Positions 40,056-49,079 of a DNA stretch of 64,000 nt are shown one piece after another; positions within the stretch are counted from its first letter, which is position 1; every line of letters begins with the position of its first letter. The translations under genes were made by a program, and so were the position numbers. The DNA comes from an uncultured delta proteobacterium (GTDB lineage: Bacteria; Myxococcota_A; Polyangia; Fen-1088): assembly GCA_963796685.1 (NCBI GenBank), contig CAWCMR010000025.1, positions 1,152,001-1,216,000 of the forward strand. The letters run 5' to 3'. The notes beneath the pieces were generated by a model. The model saw only the letters and a list, made by a program, of their open reading frames with translations, was not told the DNA's origin and did not search any database.

Positions 40056-40280
40056 TCAGAAGCAGTCGTCGTGAGGGCCGTCGGGGACAGATTCCCAGAC
40101 GGCGTCAGGGGGCCTGGGGGTTTCGATTCCGCGTGCAGCCTGGAGGTCGGCCATGGCATCGCCGTGTGCACGCCAGATGGCGGCGATGACCCGCTCGAAC
40201 ACATCGACGAGGATCAGGGCGCAAGATGTGTCGATGGGCGGCAGGTGGATCTGAGCGTGCGGTGGCGGCGGGCGCCTCAT
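40056..40280 (-). CDS. small protein, last gene of element B
   Basis: ATGA-coupled to the ATPase; acidic C-terminus (HDDCF). Confidence 0.6.
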   Translation of the reverse strand: MRRPPPPHAQIHLPPIDTSCALILVDVFERVIAAIWRAHGDAMADLQAARGIETPRPPDAVWESVPDGPHDDCF

Positions 40281-41092
40281 GCTGCCTCCCTGGGTTCGGT
40301 ATCGACGACACGGGTGATGGCATCGCGCTCGACGAGTTTTCGCTTTCTGCGGGCGGCGTCGCGAAGGGCGGCGGTGGCGAGCCGGTCGAGGTCGCGCAAA
40401 GATCCTGCGGCGGCTTCGTGGAGCATGGCCAGGGCGTCAGCCGTGACAAGCTCGCGGTCGCAGCCTGATTGCTTGAGTCTGGAGCGAATGTAGTCGGCGG
40501 TGTCGTCCGGGGTCAGGGGCGTGACGTTGAGCCGCGTGTAAATGCGCGAGTACAAGGATCGATTGCGACGGAGGACAAGCCTGTCGGAAAGCTCTGGCAG
40601 GCCGACGAGGACGAGGGACAGGAGCGCCCTGCTGTCCCACTGGTAGTTCAGCAAAATGTGTAGGTGGTCCAGCATGTCCTGATGGAGCAGGTGCGCCTCG
40701 TCGAGGAGGAAGACCGGATGAACACGCTCGCGGCCAAGATCTTCGACGTGGGAGGAGACGGCGAAAAAGAGAGCCGCTGCGGCGGCGGAAGGCGCGAGCC
40801 CCAAGGCGAGGCAAAGCTGGCGATAAAAATCGCGGCGTCCGAGGGTGGCGTTGTGGCAGTAGGTGAGTCGGAAACCAGTTTGCGGCAGCCTGTGGCGCAG
40901 GGCACGCAGAACGCAGGTTTTACCGGCGCCGGGATCGCCGGTGAGGACGATGGAAGCACGCTCGTGGAGGGCTTCGCACAGCTCGTGTACCAGGGCCTCC
41001 TTGGAAGGCGGCATCCACAGATCGACGTCTGCTATTTCCTTGGAGAATGGGGCGCGTTCGAGGGCGAAGTGGCCGAGATAGGCGGGCGTCAT
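40277..41092 (-). CDS. ExeA-family AAA+ ATPase (transposition helper)
   Basis: PFSKEI; GDPGAGKT Walker A; LLDEAH Walker B; LVLVGLPEL. Confidence 0.9.
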   Translation of the reverse strand: MTPAYLGHFALERAPFSKEIADVDLWMPPSKEALVHELCEALHERASIVLTGDPGAGKTCVLRALRHRLPQTGFRLTYCHNATLGRRDFYRQLCLALGLAPSAAAAALFFAVSSHVEDLGRERVHPVFLLDEAHLLHQDMLDHLHILLNYQWDSRALLSLVLVGLPELSDRLVLRRNRSLYSRIYTRLNVTPLTPDDTADYIRSRLKQSGCDRELVTADALAMLHEAAAGSLRDLDRLATAALRDAARRKRKLVERDAITRVVDTEPREAA

Positions 41093-42453
41093 CGGTCACC
41101 TCCTTGTGGCGAAGGGTTTCGTCCGACAGCTCGGTCGAGCAGCACGGAAGGCGGATCGAAGGGCACCGGTCGCGAGGCTTTTGTCGCATGTCCCCCGCCA
41201 CGATTTGGACGTTTTCGCTGGGCGTTCTTGCCAGGGTCGACGGGATGCAGAGGCAACGCCTTTCCCTCGTGCTCGACCCACGGAGCTTCGCTCATGTCGA
41301 CGAGGCAACGGGCCACCATGACCAGGCGCCCTGCGAGAAAGCCCTGATCGAGCTCCCAGTCCGTACCCTCCAGTGGCAGCGTGGTGTCTCGGCGGACGCG
41401 GCGGCGCACGCGCACGGTGAGCGCCTCGCGCAGCTTGCGCTCGTCGAAGCGATCGGTGGGACGCTCGGCTGCCTCGTACACGCGCGCGGGCGAGCGGCCA
41501 AGCAGCGAAGCGTGCGGCGCCTTGTGGTAGTGCTCGTCGAGGAAGGCCCACAGCCGCACGTTGATGTCGTGTAGCGACGATACCTGGCCGAGAAAGTCGA
41601 TACACCCCTGGCGCAGGGTGCGCCAGAAGCGCTCCATCTTTCCACGCGCCTGCGGGTCGTAGGGACGCGCGTGCAACAGGGAGACGCCCATGCGCGCGCA
41701 AGCCGTGGACAAGATGTCGCCGCGATAGGTACTGCCATTGTCGAGGTACAAGGCATCCGGTGGCCCATGTCTGCGCAGGGCACGCACAAACATCCCCAGC
41801 ATGTCCACCTCGCGCTCGGTGTGGTGCGCTTCCAGCGCGATGATGAAGCGGGAGGCATCGTCGAGCAGTCCGTGAATTCGCACCGGCATGTTTTTACCGC
41901 CGACCGAAATCGCCGGGCCATAACAGACATCGCCGTGCCAGAGCGCCCCAGGCCGCTCTGCTTCCCAGCGCAGCCTGGTCTTCGGCCCCTTGCCATCGCG
42001 CATGGGAATGCGGTCCAGCCCCTCGTCGGCGAAAAGTCGCCGCACCGTCGAGGCCGACACCGCGTCCTTGCTCAATCGCCCGTCGACGGTCAGGGTGCGA
42101 AGGATCAAAGGCACCGAAGCCGAGGGATGCTCACGCCGGATGTCGCACAGAAGCGTGCGCTGCTCCGCTGTCAGCTCCTGCGCGCGTCCACTGTCGCTGC
42201 GGGGCTCGGGGCGCAGGGCATCTAGGCTTCCGGCCTTGTAGGCGTAATACCAGCGCTCCAGCGTCGGAACCGAGAATCTGCGCGTGCTGTCCGCTCCCGG
42301 CGGCCGGTAGCGCTCGGCGGCCAGATCTTTCAGCGTCGCCGCCAACTCTCCGTGGTCGAGATCTCGTCGGGTGAGTGCGCCGACGATTTCGCTGCGGAAG
42401 ATGGCTACCTCCTCGGCATGGTCCTTGGGCTTCAGGCTTTGTAGGTCGGTCAT
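41089..42453 (-). CDS. DDE (rve / Mu-like) transposase
   Basis: LWHGD, LLDDASR, YLDNGS and GKMERFWRT motifs; N-terminal HTH (TLERWYY). Confidence 0.92.
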   Translation of the reverse strand: MTDLQSLKPKDHAEEVAIFRSEIVGALTRRDLDHGELAATLKDLAAERYRPPGADSTRRFSVPTLERWYYAYKAGSLDALRPEPRSDSGRAQELTAEQRTLLCDIRREHPSASVPLILRTLTVDGRLSKDAVSASTVRRLFADEGLDRIPMRDGKGPKTRLRWEAERPGALWHGDVCYGPAISVGGKNMPVRIHGLLDDASRFIIALEAHHTEREVDMLGMFVRALRRHGPPDALYLDNGSTYRGDILSTACARMGVSLLHARPYDPQARGKMERFWRTLRQGCIDFLGQVSSLHDINVRLWAFLDEHYHKAPHASLLGRSPARVYEAAERPTDRFDERKLREALTVRVRRRVRRDTTLPLEGTDWELDQGFLAGRLVMVARCLVDMSEAPWVEHEGKALPLHPVDPGKNAQRKRPNRGGGHATKASRPVPFDPPSVLLDRAVGRNPSPQGGDR

Positions 42454-42581
42454 GGTGTTGTCATGGTGTCCCTTCTGCAACCGCGGTGTGCGATGCACGT
42501 AAAGCCATGCTTCATTCCGGCCGTGCCTGGCAGGGATCTTCGCGGGTGGGCGAAGTCCCAGCGACGGGAAAAGTCTGATGG

Positions 42582-43214
42582 TCATCGCATAGCGAGCGCT
42601 GCTCCTTGGAAAGCCCGCGTTGCCACAGACGCCTCGCCCGAAGGCGGCGGCCCGAGTGAAGCCAGTCCCAGCGCCGCCCGCTCAGCCGCCTGCCGTGCGG
42701 TGAAATCCGAAGGCGCAGCACGTAGTCCGGACAGCAGCGTGCGCGCACGAATGGCCCGAATCCACCGTCGCAACGTGGCCCAGCCGGTGATGGCGGTCTG
42801 GCCGATGATCGTCCGCGGGCTCGTCTGTCGCCGCACTTCCGCAATGGACAATTTCTGCACCCCGAACAAGGCCAACGCCCACCCGACCGCAGACGATGAG
42901 TAAAGCCGCCCAGGAATCGTCTCGCAAGGAACCACGGTGAGCACGGCGCCACACCGGCAAAGAAAGCGACGGACGAGCAGCAAGACCATCTTGGGCACTT
43001 GCCCCGGTCCTGGCGGTCCCAAGAACTGTCTCTCGCGCAGCCCATGCCCGATGATCCCAAGCCTCGCTCCCGGCGGACAGCCAGCTCGTCCACATACAGG
43101 GCAGGTACTCGGTCTCAGCATGTCCACACCCGGCATTGCCACCAACCACAGCTTGACCCCGACCTTGCCGTGCACGATTGTCTGAAGCGCTCCGTTCCTC
43201 TCGTTTCCTTTCAC
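42582..43214 (-). CDS. Zn-ribbon/HTH accessory protein (DUF6431-like), first gene of element B
   Basis: CPVC...GHGLRERQ...RRFLCRCG; WATLRRW; start uncertain. Confidence 0.7.
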   Translation of the reverse strand: MKGNERNGALQTIVHGKVGVKLWLVAMPGVDMLRPSTCPVCGRAGCPPGARLGIIGHGLRERQFLGPPGPGQVPKMVLLLVRRFLCRCGAVLTVVPCETIPGRLYSSSAVGWALALFGVQKLSIAEVRRQTSPRTIIGQTAITGWATLRRWIRAIRARTLLSGLRAAPSDFTARQAAERAALGLASLGPPPSGEASVATRAFQGAALAMR

Positions 43215-43434
43215 GTCGGGTGCGGAGCACGACCAGGCAGGGCGGTGGCTACGCCCTCCTGGTCACCTACATAGCTGCGGCCAGCGACATGCCGATGCTC
43301 CTCCTTTCCCTGCCGCCACTACCCTGATTCCCTGCCCGTGGCCATGGCCATCTCCACGCCGGGAATGATGGCGATTGTCCAAGCCATGCCATCACCGATA
43401 CCGCGCGATCTCCCGCCGCTCAGCAGCACTCACA

Positions 43435-43663
43435 CCGCCTCGGAACAGCCACGGGCCGCGTACAGCCAGCGCTCCAGTGTCGAGAAACCGAATTGCACGG
43501 GCGCGTCCGTGATCGGGTGCCGCCACGGCTTGCTCGCCAATCGTTTCAGCTCTTCGCAAAGCTCGCCCCGCGAAGGCGGCGCCGCCAAGAGCGGCCCGAT
43601 GATGGAAAAGCGCAGGTATGCCCAGCGCGCGTGTCGGCTTCCTTCGTCCTTGCCATTGGCCAT
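43435..43663 (-). pseudogene. N-terminal fragment of the element C transposase
   Basis: WAYLRFSIIGPLLAAPP..GEL...STLERWLY, similar to the N-terminus of 41089-42453; cut at the element B end. Confidence 0.8.
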
Positions 43664-43756
43664 CGTCTCCAACTCCTCTTTCCCGGATTTACCGGGGTGA
43701 TGGGCATGGATACCGCGCCAGGTCGCGATGGTTTGGACATCTTCTGCGGGCCGGCT

Positions 43757-44347
43757 TCACCCCTCGAAAAGCCAGTTTGCCGTCGCCGTCTTGGTCGTGA
43801 CCGGCGCGAGAAAGCGCAGGGCCGCGACCAGTTGCTTCTCCTCGTCGCCAGCAAAGCGGGCCCAAAGCGAGCCAGGCAGCGTCGACGCCACCGGCGCAGG
43901 CGGCGCCAGCAGTCCCTGCGCCGCCTTCCAGAACCGGCTCCCGGCGAAGTCCCCCCGCCACCACGCCTCCCACCGTTTCAGCGTCCGCAGGCTCACCCCG
44001 ACCTGCTCGCGCAACCGCCTCCATTGCAACACCGAGAGCGCGCCTCGCAGCCCGCTGGTCACCACGAACACCGGCGCAAGAAAGACCCGGCGTCCGAAGA
44101 ACCGCACCGACGGCGGCGTCACCCTCCGCCGGCAGCCCTCCCGCGCGCAACAGAAGCTATGCCGCGACCTGAACGCCGCGCCGATCTCACCGGGACCTCC
44201 GCGCGGCTTGCGCGGGTAGCGCGCGCTGTGCAGGCGCCCCCCGCAGCGGCACCCCGCCGCACGGGCATCGGCAGCCAGCTGATCATCGATTTGCTGGAGT
44301 CGGATGTAGAAACGAACCTCTTGCAACAGGGCCACAATCCGTGGCAC
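43757..44347 (-). CDS. Cys-rich Zn-ribbon/HTH transposon accessory protein
   Basis: CRCGGRLHSARYPRKPRGG...SFCCAREGCRRRVTPPSVRF; RTLKRW..WWR. Confidence 0.75.
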   Translation of the reverse strand: MPRIVALLQEVRFYIRLQQIDDQLAADARAAGCRCGGRLHSARYPRKPRGGPGEIGAAFRSRHSFCCAREGCRRRVTPPSVRFFGRRVFLAPVFVVTSGLRGALSVLQWRRLREQVGVSLRTLKRWEAWWRGDFAGSRFWKAAQGLLAPPAPVASTLPGSLWARFAGDEEKQLVAALRFLAPVTTKTATANWLFEG

Positions 44348-44490
44348 ACGGGTCTCCTCTCGTCTTCTTGGTCGAAAACGAGAGGAGAGACCCTCTCGGG
44401 GCGGCTTTCAAGCTCTCCGAGGGGGTCTTGCTTTTTCCCTCACGTACCGTGACCGCGGAACCCGGACTAACCCCCTACGCTACGTGCTTA

Positions 44491-45826
44491 GGAACCGCTC
44501 GAAGATAACGCTTGAAGGTGGGTGAGCAAGTTTTTCGCTTCTTCCTTCGATTTCTGCTCTTTGATGGAGGATGGCGAGAAGCGATGACGTCGCACGTCTC
44601 CGGACGAAATACGAAATGTTGCGTGGCGTACTGAACGAGCGCACACGAAGGCTCTGGGCTGCCACAGAAGCAGACGCAATCGGCTTCGGCGGCATCAGCC
44701 GGGTGGTCGAGGCCACGGGATTGAGCTGGCCCACGGTCGTGAAGGGACTTGGCGAGTTGACCGAGCAGCGCGACAGTGGCACGGTTCTGCCGCCCGATCG
44801 GATTCGTCGCCCCGGCGGTGGCGATAGGCAGCTCAAGGACAAAGACCCAACGCTGCTTCCGGATCTCGACGCACTGGTGGAGCCAGCCACGAGGGGTGAC
44901 CCGGAATCGCCGCTTCGATGGACGTGCAAGAGCACGAGGAAGCTCGCCGAGGAATTGGCGAAGCGGGGACACAAGATCAGTCCGCAGACTGTGGCCGAAT
45001 TGCTCAAGGAGCAGGGGTACAGTCTCCAGGCCAACCGCAAGACGAGGGAGGGCAAGTCGCAGCATCCCGACCGCAATGCACAGTTCGAGCACATCAACAG
45101 CCAAGCCAAGCTTTTCGAGAAACGTGGACAGCCCGTGATCTCCGTCGACACCAAGAAGAAGGAGTTGGTCGGCGACTACAAGATGGCCGGCCGGGAGTGG
45201 TGGCCGGAAGGCCAGCCCGAGATAGTGCAGATGCACGACTTTCCGGACCCGCGCGTGGGCAAAGCCATCCCCTACGGTGTCTACGATGTAAACAGCAATG
45301 AGGGCTGGGTCAACGTCGGTATCGACCACGACACCCCCGACTTCGCGGTCGCGGCGATCCGGGCCTGGTGGAAACACATGGGGGCGCAGCGCTACCCGTA
45401 CGCAAGCGAATTGATGATCACGGCCGACAGCGGCGGCAGCAATGCCGCTCGTTCTCGGGGCTGGAAAATGGCCTTGCAGAAACTCGCTGACGAAATTGGG
45501 CTCCGCATCACCGTCTCGCACTTTCCGCCCGGCACGAGCAAGTGGAACAAGATCGAGCACCGGATGTTCTGTCATATCTCGAAGAATTGGCGAGGACGTC
45601 CGCTGCTCACGCACGACGTGGTGGTGAACCTTATCGCGAACACGACTACACACACCGGACTGACCATCAAGGCGAAGCTCGACAAGCGCTCGTACCCTAC
45701 AGGCAACGTAGTCACTGACGCCGATTTTGACGCCCTCAACATCAAGCTCGCCGAATTCCACGGCGACTGGAACTACGTCCTGGCGCCAAGTGTCTCAACT
45801 TAGAAAATCTATCTTCGAGCGGTTCC
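44491..45826 (+). mobile_element. ISAzo13-family insertion sequence
   Basis: Perfect 17-bp IRs GGAACCGCTCGAAGATA / TATCTTCGAGCGGTTCC; TTA target duplication. Confidence 0.93.
44571..45803 (+). CDS. ISAzo13-family transposase
   Basis: RGDPESPLRWT, HPDRNAQF, ISVDTKKKE, TADSGGSN and PPGTSKWNKIEHR motifs. Confidence 0.95.
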   Translation: MARSDDVARLRTKYEMLRGVLNERTRRLWAATEADAIGFGGISRVVEATGLSWPTVVKGLGELTEQRDSGTVLPPDRIRRPGGGDRQLKDKDPTLLPDLDALVEPATRGDPESPLRWTCKSTRKLAEELAKRGHKISPQTVAELLKEQGYSLQANRKTREGKSQHPDRNAQFEHINSQAKLFEKRGQPVISVDTKKKELVGDYKMAGREWWPEGQPEIVQMHDFPDPRVGKAIPYGVYDVNSNEGWVNVGIDHDTPDFAVAAIRAWWKHMGAQRYPYASELMITADSGGSNAARSRGWKMALQKLADEIGLRITVSHFPPGTSKWNKIEHRMFCHISKNWRGRPLLTHDVVVNLIANTTTHTGLTIKAKLDKRSYPTGNVVTDADFDALNIKLAEFHGDWNYVLAPSVST

Positions 45827-45843
45827 TTAGGCTCATCGGCGGC

Positions 45844-45971
45844 CCTGAGGTCCAGCCCGCAACGTGCAGCCCGGCTCATCGCAGCAGGGCAACGTCGCCA
45901 GCGGGGACGACCATGTCCTGCTCAAGCCGCTTGCGGGATCAGAGCTCTCCGATCATGGAGAGCTGGCGTGG
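45844..45971 (-). pseudogene. decayed 3' fragment of an OPX-like gene
   Basis: Translates IGEL*SRKRLEQDMVVPAGDV versus OPX VEKLRTGKQLEQNIVVLPGDI. Confidence 0.6.
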
Positions 45972-45981
45972 TGCAGCCCCG

Positions 45982-46854
45982 TCAAGCTGCTGACCGTGGC
46001 TGCATTGCGGTCACGAGCAGGAGTTCGCCGAAATCGCGCAGAAAGGGTAGCCGCTCGCAAATACGGGAGATGGGAGCTTGCGGTAGCCGGAGCCGCCGAA
46101 CAAACGGAGGTATGATCTGTATCGGCTGAATCCGAACATCAGCGAAGTACCGCGAGAGTTCTTCACGGACCTCATCGCTGGTTTGAAACTCGCGGAAAAG
46201 ATTGGAGCCCGCATAATCTCCAACCTTTGCGATTCCGTCCAATCGAGCCCTGCGGCTGTAGAAGTGCGCGCTGAAGGCGAACCGGCCGTTGCTACGTAGC
46301 GCGTGGGCCGCGGCCGCATACACTGTAAGGCGAGCGCTCGCGTTCGGAAGATTCGATATCAGGGTGCATAGGATGCGGTCCGCGCACTGTGGCGCAAGCG
46401 CGAGTTTCGTCACGTCGGCACGTACAAGAGCCGCGGAGGGCGCCACTCCCCGAGCAACCCTCTCCAGCCCCACCATCGAGAAGTCGACCGCCAAGAGTCG
46501 CGTGGCGGCGTGCTGCAAGTGGCTCGTCATTCGTCCGGCACCGCACCCCAGCTCTAGCACCGTCTGATTCGGCTTCAGTGCCATCGCGTGCAGGTGGGAT
46601 CGAACTTCTGCCTGCTGCATCCCCGTCAAGTGGATCTTCTCTGCGCCCCATTCAAGTTCGCGATGCGCGAGCTCGCTCCGAGCAGTTGAGTCGAGCCCCC
46701 GTAGATCGAGGAGATCGAGCACGCCGTTGACGATCTGCGCCTCCCATCCGCACGCACACACAACACTGCTCGTTGCAGTGGTGACGACAGCCCCGTCACG
46801 TGGACAGCGAAGCAACAACGTCGCCCACGTCGGGAACCCGACTTTCGTACTCAT
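45982..46854 (-). CDS. class I SAM-dependent methyltransferase with N-terminal Trm112-like Zn knuckle
   Basis: LLRCPRD...CACG; VLELGCGAG; AVDFS. Confidence 0.85.
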   Translation of the reverse strand: MSTKVGFPTWATLLLRCPRDGAVVTTATSSVVCACGWEAQIVNGVLDLLDLRGLDSTARSELAHRELEWGAEKIHLTGMQQAEVRSHLHAMALKPNQTVLELGCGAGRMTSHLQHAATRLLAVDFSMVGLERVARGVAPSAALVRADVTKLALAPQCADRILCTLISNLPNASARLTVYAAAAHALRSNGRFAFSAHFYSRRARLDGIAKVGDYAGSNLFREFQTSDEVREELSRYFADVRIQPIQIIPPFVRRLRLPQAPISRICERLPFLRDFGELLLVTAMQPRSAA

Positions 46855-47039
46855 AGCCCTGCGAATTAGCATGAATTCGCTGAATCGCAAACTGCTTGCC
46901 TAGAAGGGCCCTTCGTCCAGATGAAGCAACGCGTCCTGTTGAATCACTTAGTATAGCAAAGATATTGCGCGTCTGTGTTACGTGTCAATGGGACGGGGAT
47001 CTGGATTCCGGTTCTTGCCTGGCCAACGTGGACAGCGTC

Positions 47040-47501
47040 ATGTGGCGGTTCTCCGTCATTCAAACTGAACGAGACAGGTTACCCATCTTGTTCGCGCTTT
47101 TGAGCGCGACCCTGGTGGGTTGCAGTTCTTCCCCCACCGAGAGCTCCGTTCTGTTCTCGTCGCAAAAGAGTGCGCTAACCGCATCGACGATTGGAGAAAC
47201 GAACGTCCTCTCGATACCTGACTCGGGCAACGCCAATTATCTCCTGGCGCAGAGCGCGACGCTTTCCCAGGCGGCTGAGATCCAATCGATCTCATTCTAC
47301 GTCTCGCGAGCAGCTGGGAGCTTGCGTCTTGGGATCTACGACGCTTCCGGCCCGGGTGAACATCCTGGCTCGAAGAAAGCGGCGACCAACTCCTTCAAGC
47401 CGAGCGTCGGCTGGAACACGGTGAACGTCATCGTCCCGGTGTCGCTCGCGCCTGGCAATTATTGGCTCGCGTATCTTCACAACAACAACCACCTTAACTT
47501 T
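47040..47501 (+). pseudogene. lipoprotein with a beta-sandwich domain, truncated by IS insertion
   Basis: Lipobox LVGC; LRLGIYD...GWNT...LAPGNYWLAY; frame ends inside the IS end. Confidence 0.65.
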
Positions 47502-49068
47502 GGGTGTTGATCTTACCCTGACGTGAAAACTCGAAGAAACACAAAGGGAGGGAATGTCCGCGAAACGAAAGAGGTTTTAGACATACCATGCACCTGAATG
47601 TTGTTGCCAGGAACGAAGCACACACCCAAGGACAGAAGGCCCCAATGTCGGTCGCCAAACTGCGAGCAATCTTGGAAGATGCGGGGATGCGAAAGAAGGG
47701 GCCCAAGGAGACCTTCGAGACATTCGAGAAGCGTCTCCACCAGCAGCTACAGGAGGTCGAGCGCGATTTGTTGGCCGAAGAGTTGGAGCGTGCCGACGTG
47801 GACGCGGATGCCATCGTGGTCGAGGGGACCGGATACCGGCGAGTCTTGCGCGCGGCTCAAACGTACATGACCGCCGCCGGGCCAGTAACCGTCGAGCGAG
47901 CGCTCTTCAAGGACCGAAGCAACGACCACGAACCCTGCATCGTGCCGCTGGACTTGAAGGTGGGGGTGGTCGATGGCTTCTGGACGCCGATGGCGGCCCA
48001 GCAGGCGACCTGGGTGGTATCGCAAATGACTCCGCAGACCGGCGAGGAGCTTTTCAAGAGGGTGGGCAACATGACGCCCTCGAAAAGCAGCTTGGACCGG
48101 CTGCCGAAGCGATTGGCCGAGCGGTGGAATGACGACCGGAAGGAGTTCGAGAAGGTTTTGCGCGAAGGGATGACCATCCCCGAGGAGGCGGTCACGGTGA
48201 TGGCGAGTCTCGACGGAGTGCTGGCGCCCATGAAGGATGGAGGCGCGGCGGATAAGCGTGCGGAGACCGCCGCACGCGGGCATATCGCGAAGGGCCCCGC
48301 TGGCTATCGCGAGGTTGGATGCGCGACGCTTGGTTTTTGCGACCGAAATGGAAGACTTCTGGCGGCGGTGCGCATGGCAAAAATGCCCGAGCCACACAAG
48401 GCGTCGCTCAAGGAAGCCTTGAAGGCGGAATTGGACATGGCGTTGTCGCTGCGTCCCGACCTGCAACTGATGAAGGCCGCCGACGGGGCAAACGACAATT
48501 GGACGTACTTGCACAAGGAATTGCCCAAGGGGTCGGAGGTGGTGGATTTCTTCCACGCAGCGGAACACCTGAACACGGCCTTGGCCTCTGCCTACGGCGA
48601 TGGCACGGTCGAAACGCAACGGCGATTCAACGACCTACGGCACGTGCTGCTGGAAGAGGAAGGCGGGGTCAAGAAGGTGATTCGGTCACTGATCTACCTT
48701 CGGGAAAAGCACCCGCACAGCAAACACATTCCAACCGAATTGGCGTATTTCCGAAAATACCAGAAGCGCATGCGTTACGCGGAAATGAAGGCACAAGGTC
48801 TGCCCATCGGGACCGGGGTCATGGAAGCCGCATGCAAGACCTTGGTAACGCAGAGAATGAAACAAAGTGGAATGCGCTGGGGCAAGCAAGGTGGCCAAGC
48901 CATCTTGAATCTACGGGGCTGGGCGCAAAGCGAACGATTCGACCAAGCCTGGGCTCTGCTCGCCGCCACCTACCGAGTCGCGATTACCGTCCTCAATGAC
49001 GTCGTTTCAATTCGCTCGGCCCGCCTTTGAAACCCACGGATTTTCACGCCAGCATGAGAGCTACACCG
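47502..49068 (+). mobile_element. ISKra4/UPF0236-like insertion sequence
   Basis: Imperfect IRs GGTGT...CTG.CGTGAAAA; target duplication TTAACTTT (47494-47501 and 49069-49076). Confidence 0.85.
47588..49030 (+). CDS. ISKra4-like (mutator-type DDE) transposase
   Basis: SLDGV, ADGA..NW, DFFHAAEHL and PIGTGVMEAACK...RMKQSGMRW motifs. Confidence 0.88.
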   Translation: MHLNVVARNEAHTQGQKAPMSVAKLRAILEDAGMRKKGPKETFETFEKRLHQQLQEVERDLLAEELERADVDADAIVVEGTGYRRVLRAAQTYMTAAGPVTVERALFKDRSNDHEPCIVPLDLKVGVVDGFWTPMAAQQATWVVSQMTPQTGEELFKRVGNMTPSKSSLDRLPKRLAERWNDDRKEFEKVLREGMTIPEEAVTVMASLDGVLAPMKDGGAADKRAETAARGHIAKGPAGYREVGCATLGFCDRNGRLLAAVRMAKMPEPHKASLKEALKAELDMALSLRPDLQLMKAADGANDNWTYLHKELPKGSEVVDFFHAAEHLNTALASAYGDGTVETQRRFNDLRHVLLEEEGGVKKVIRSLIYLREKHPHSKHIPTELAYFRKYQKRMRYAEMKAQGLPIGTGVMEAACKTLVTQRMKQSGMRWGKQGGQAILNLRGWAQSERFDQAWALLAATYRVAITVLNDVVSIRSARL

Positions 49069-49079
49069 TTAACTTTGTG

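Larger units (their letters stand above)
39948..43434 (-). mobile_element. element B: apparently complete four-gene Mu-like transposon
   Basis: TGTG...CACA ends at the junctions with two truncated genes; GATGG(G/C)CAT-type motifs near both ends; four co-oriented genes; ends uncertain by a few bp. Confidence 0.75.
43435..45835 (-). mobile_element. element C: left part of a third four-gene element, with its terminus split by ISAzo13
   Basis: Removing the IS restores TGAGC-N13-GTAGGGGG; leader and first gene are homologous to element A. Confidence 0.7.

Noticed and set aside
44475-45761. 428-aa antisense ORF over the ISAzo13 transposase
   Set aside because: Antisense shadow of the transposase with no independent evidence.
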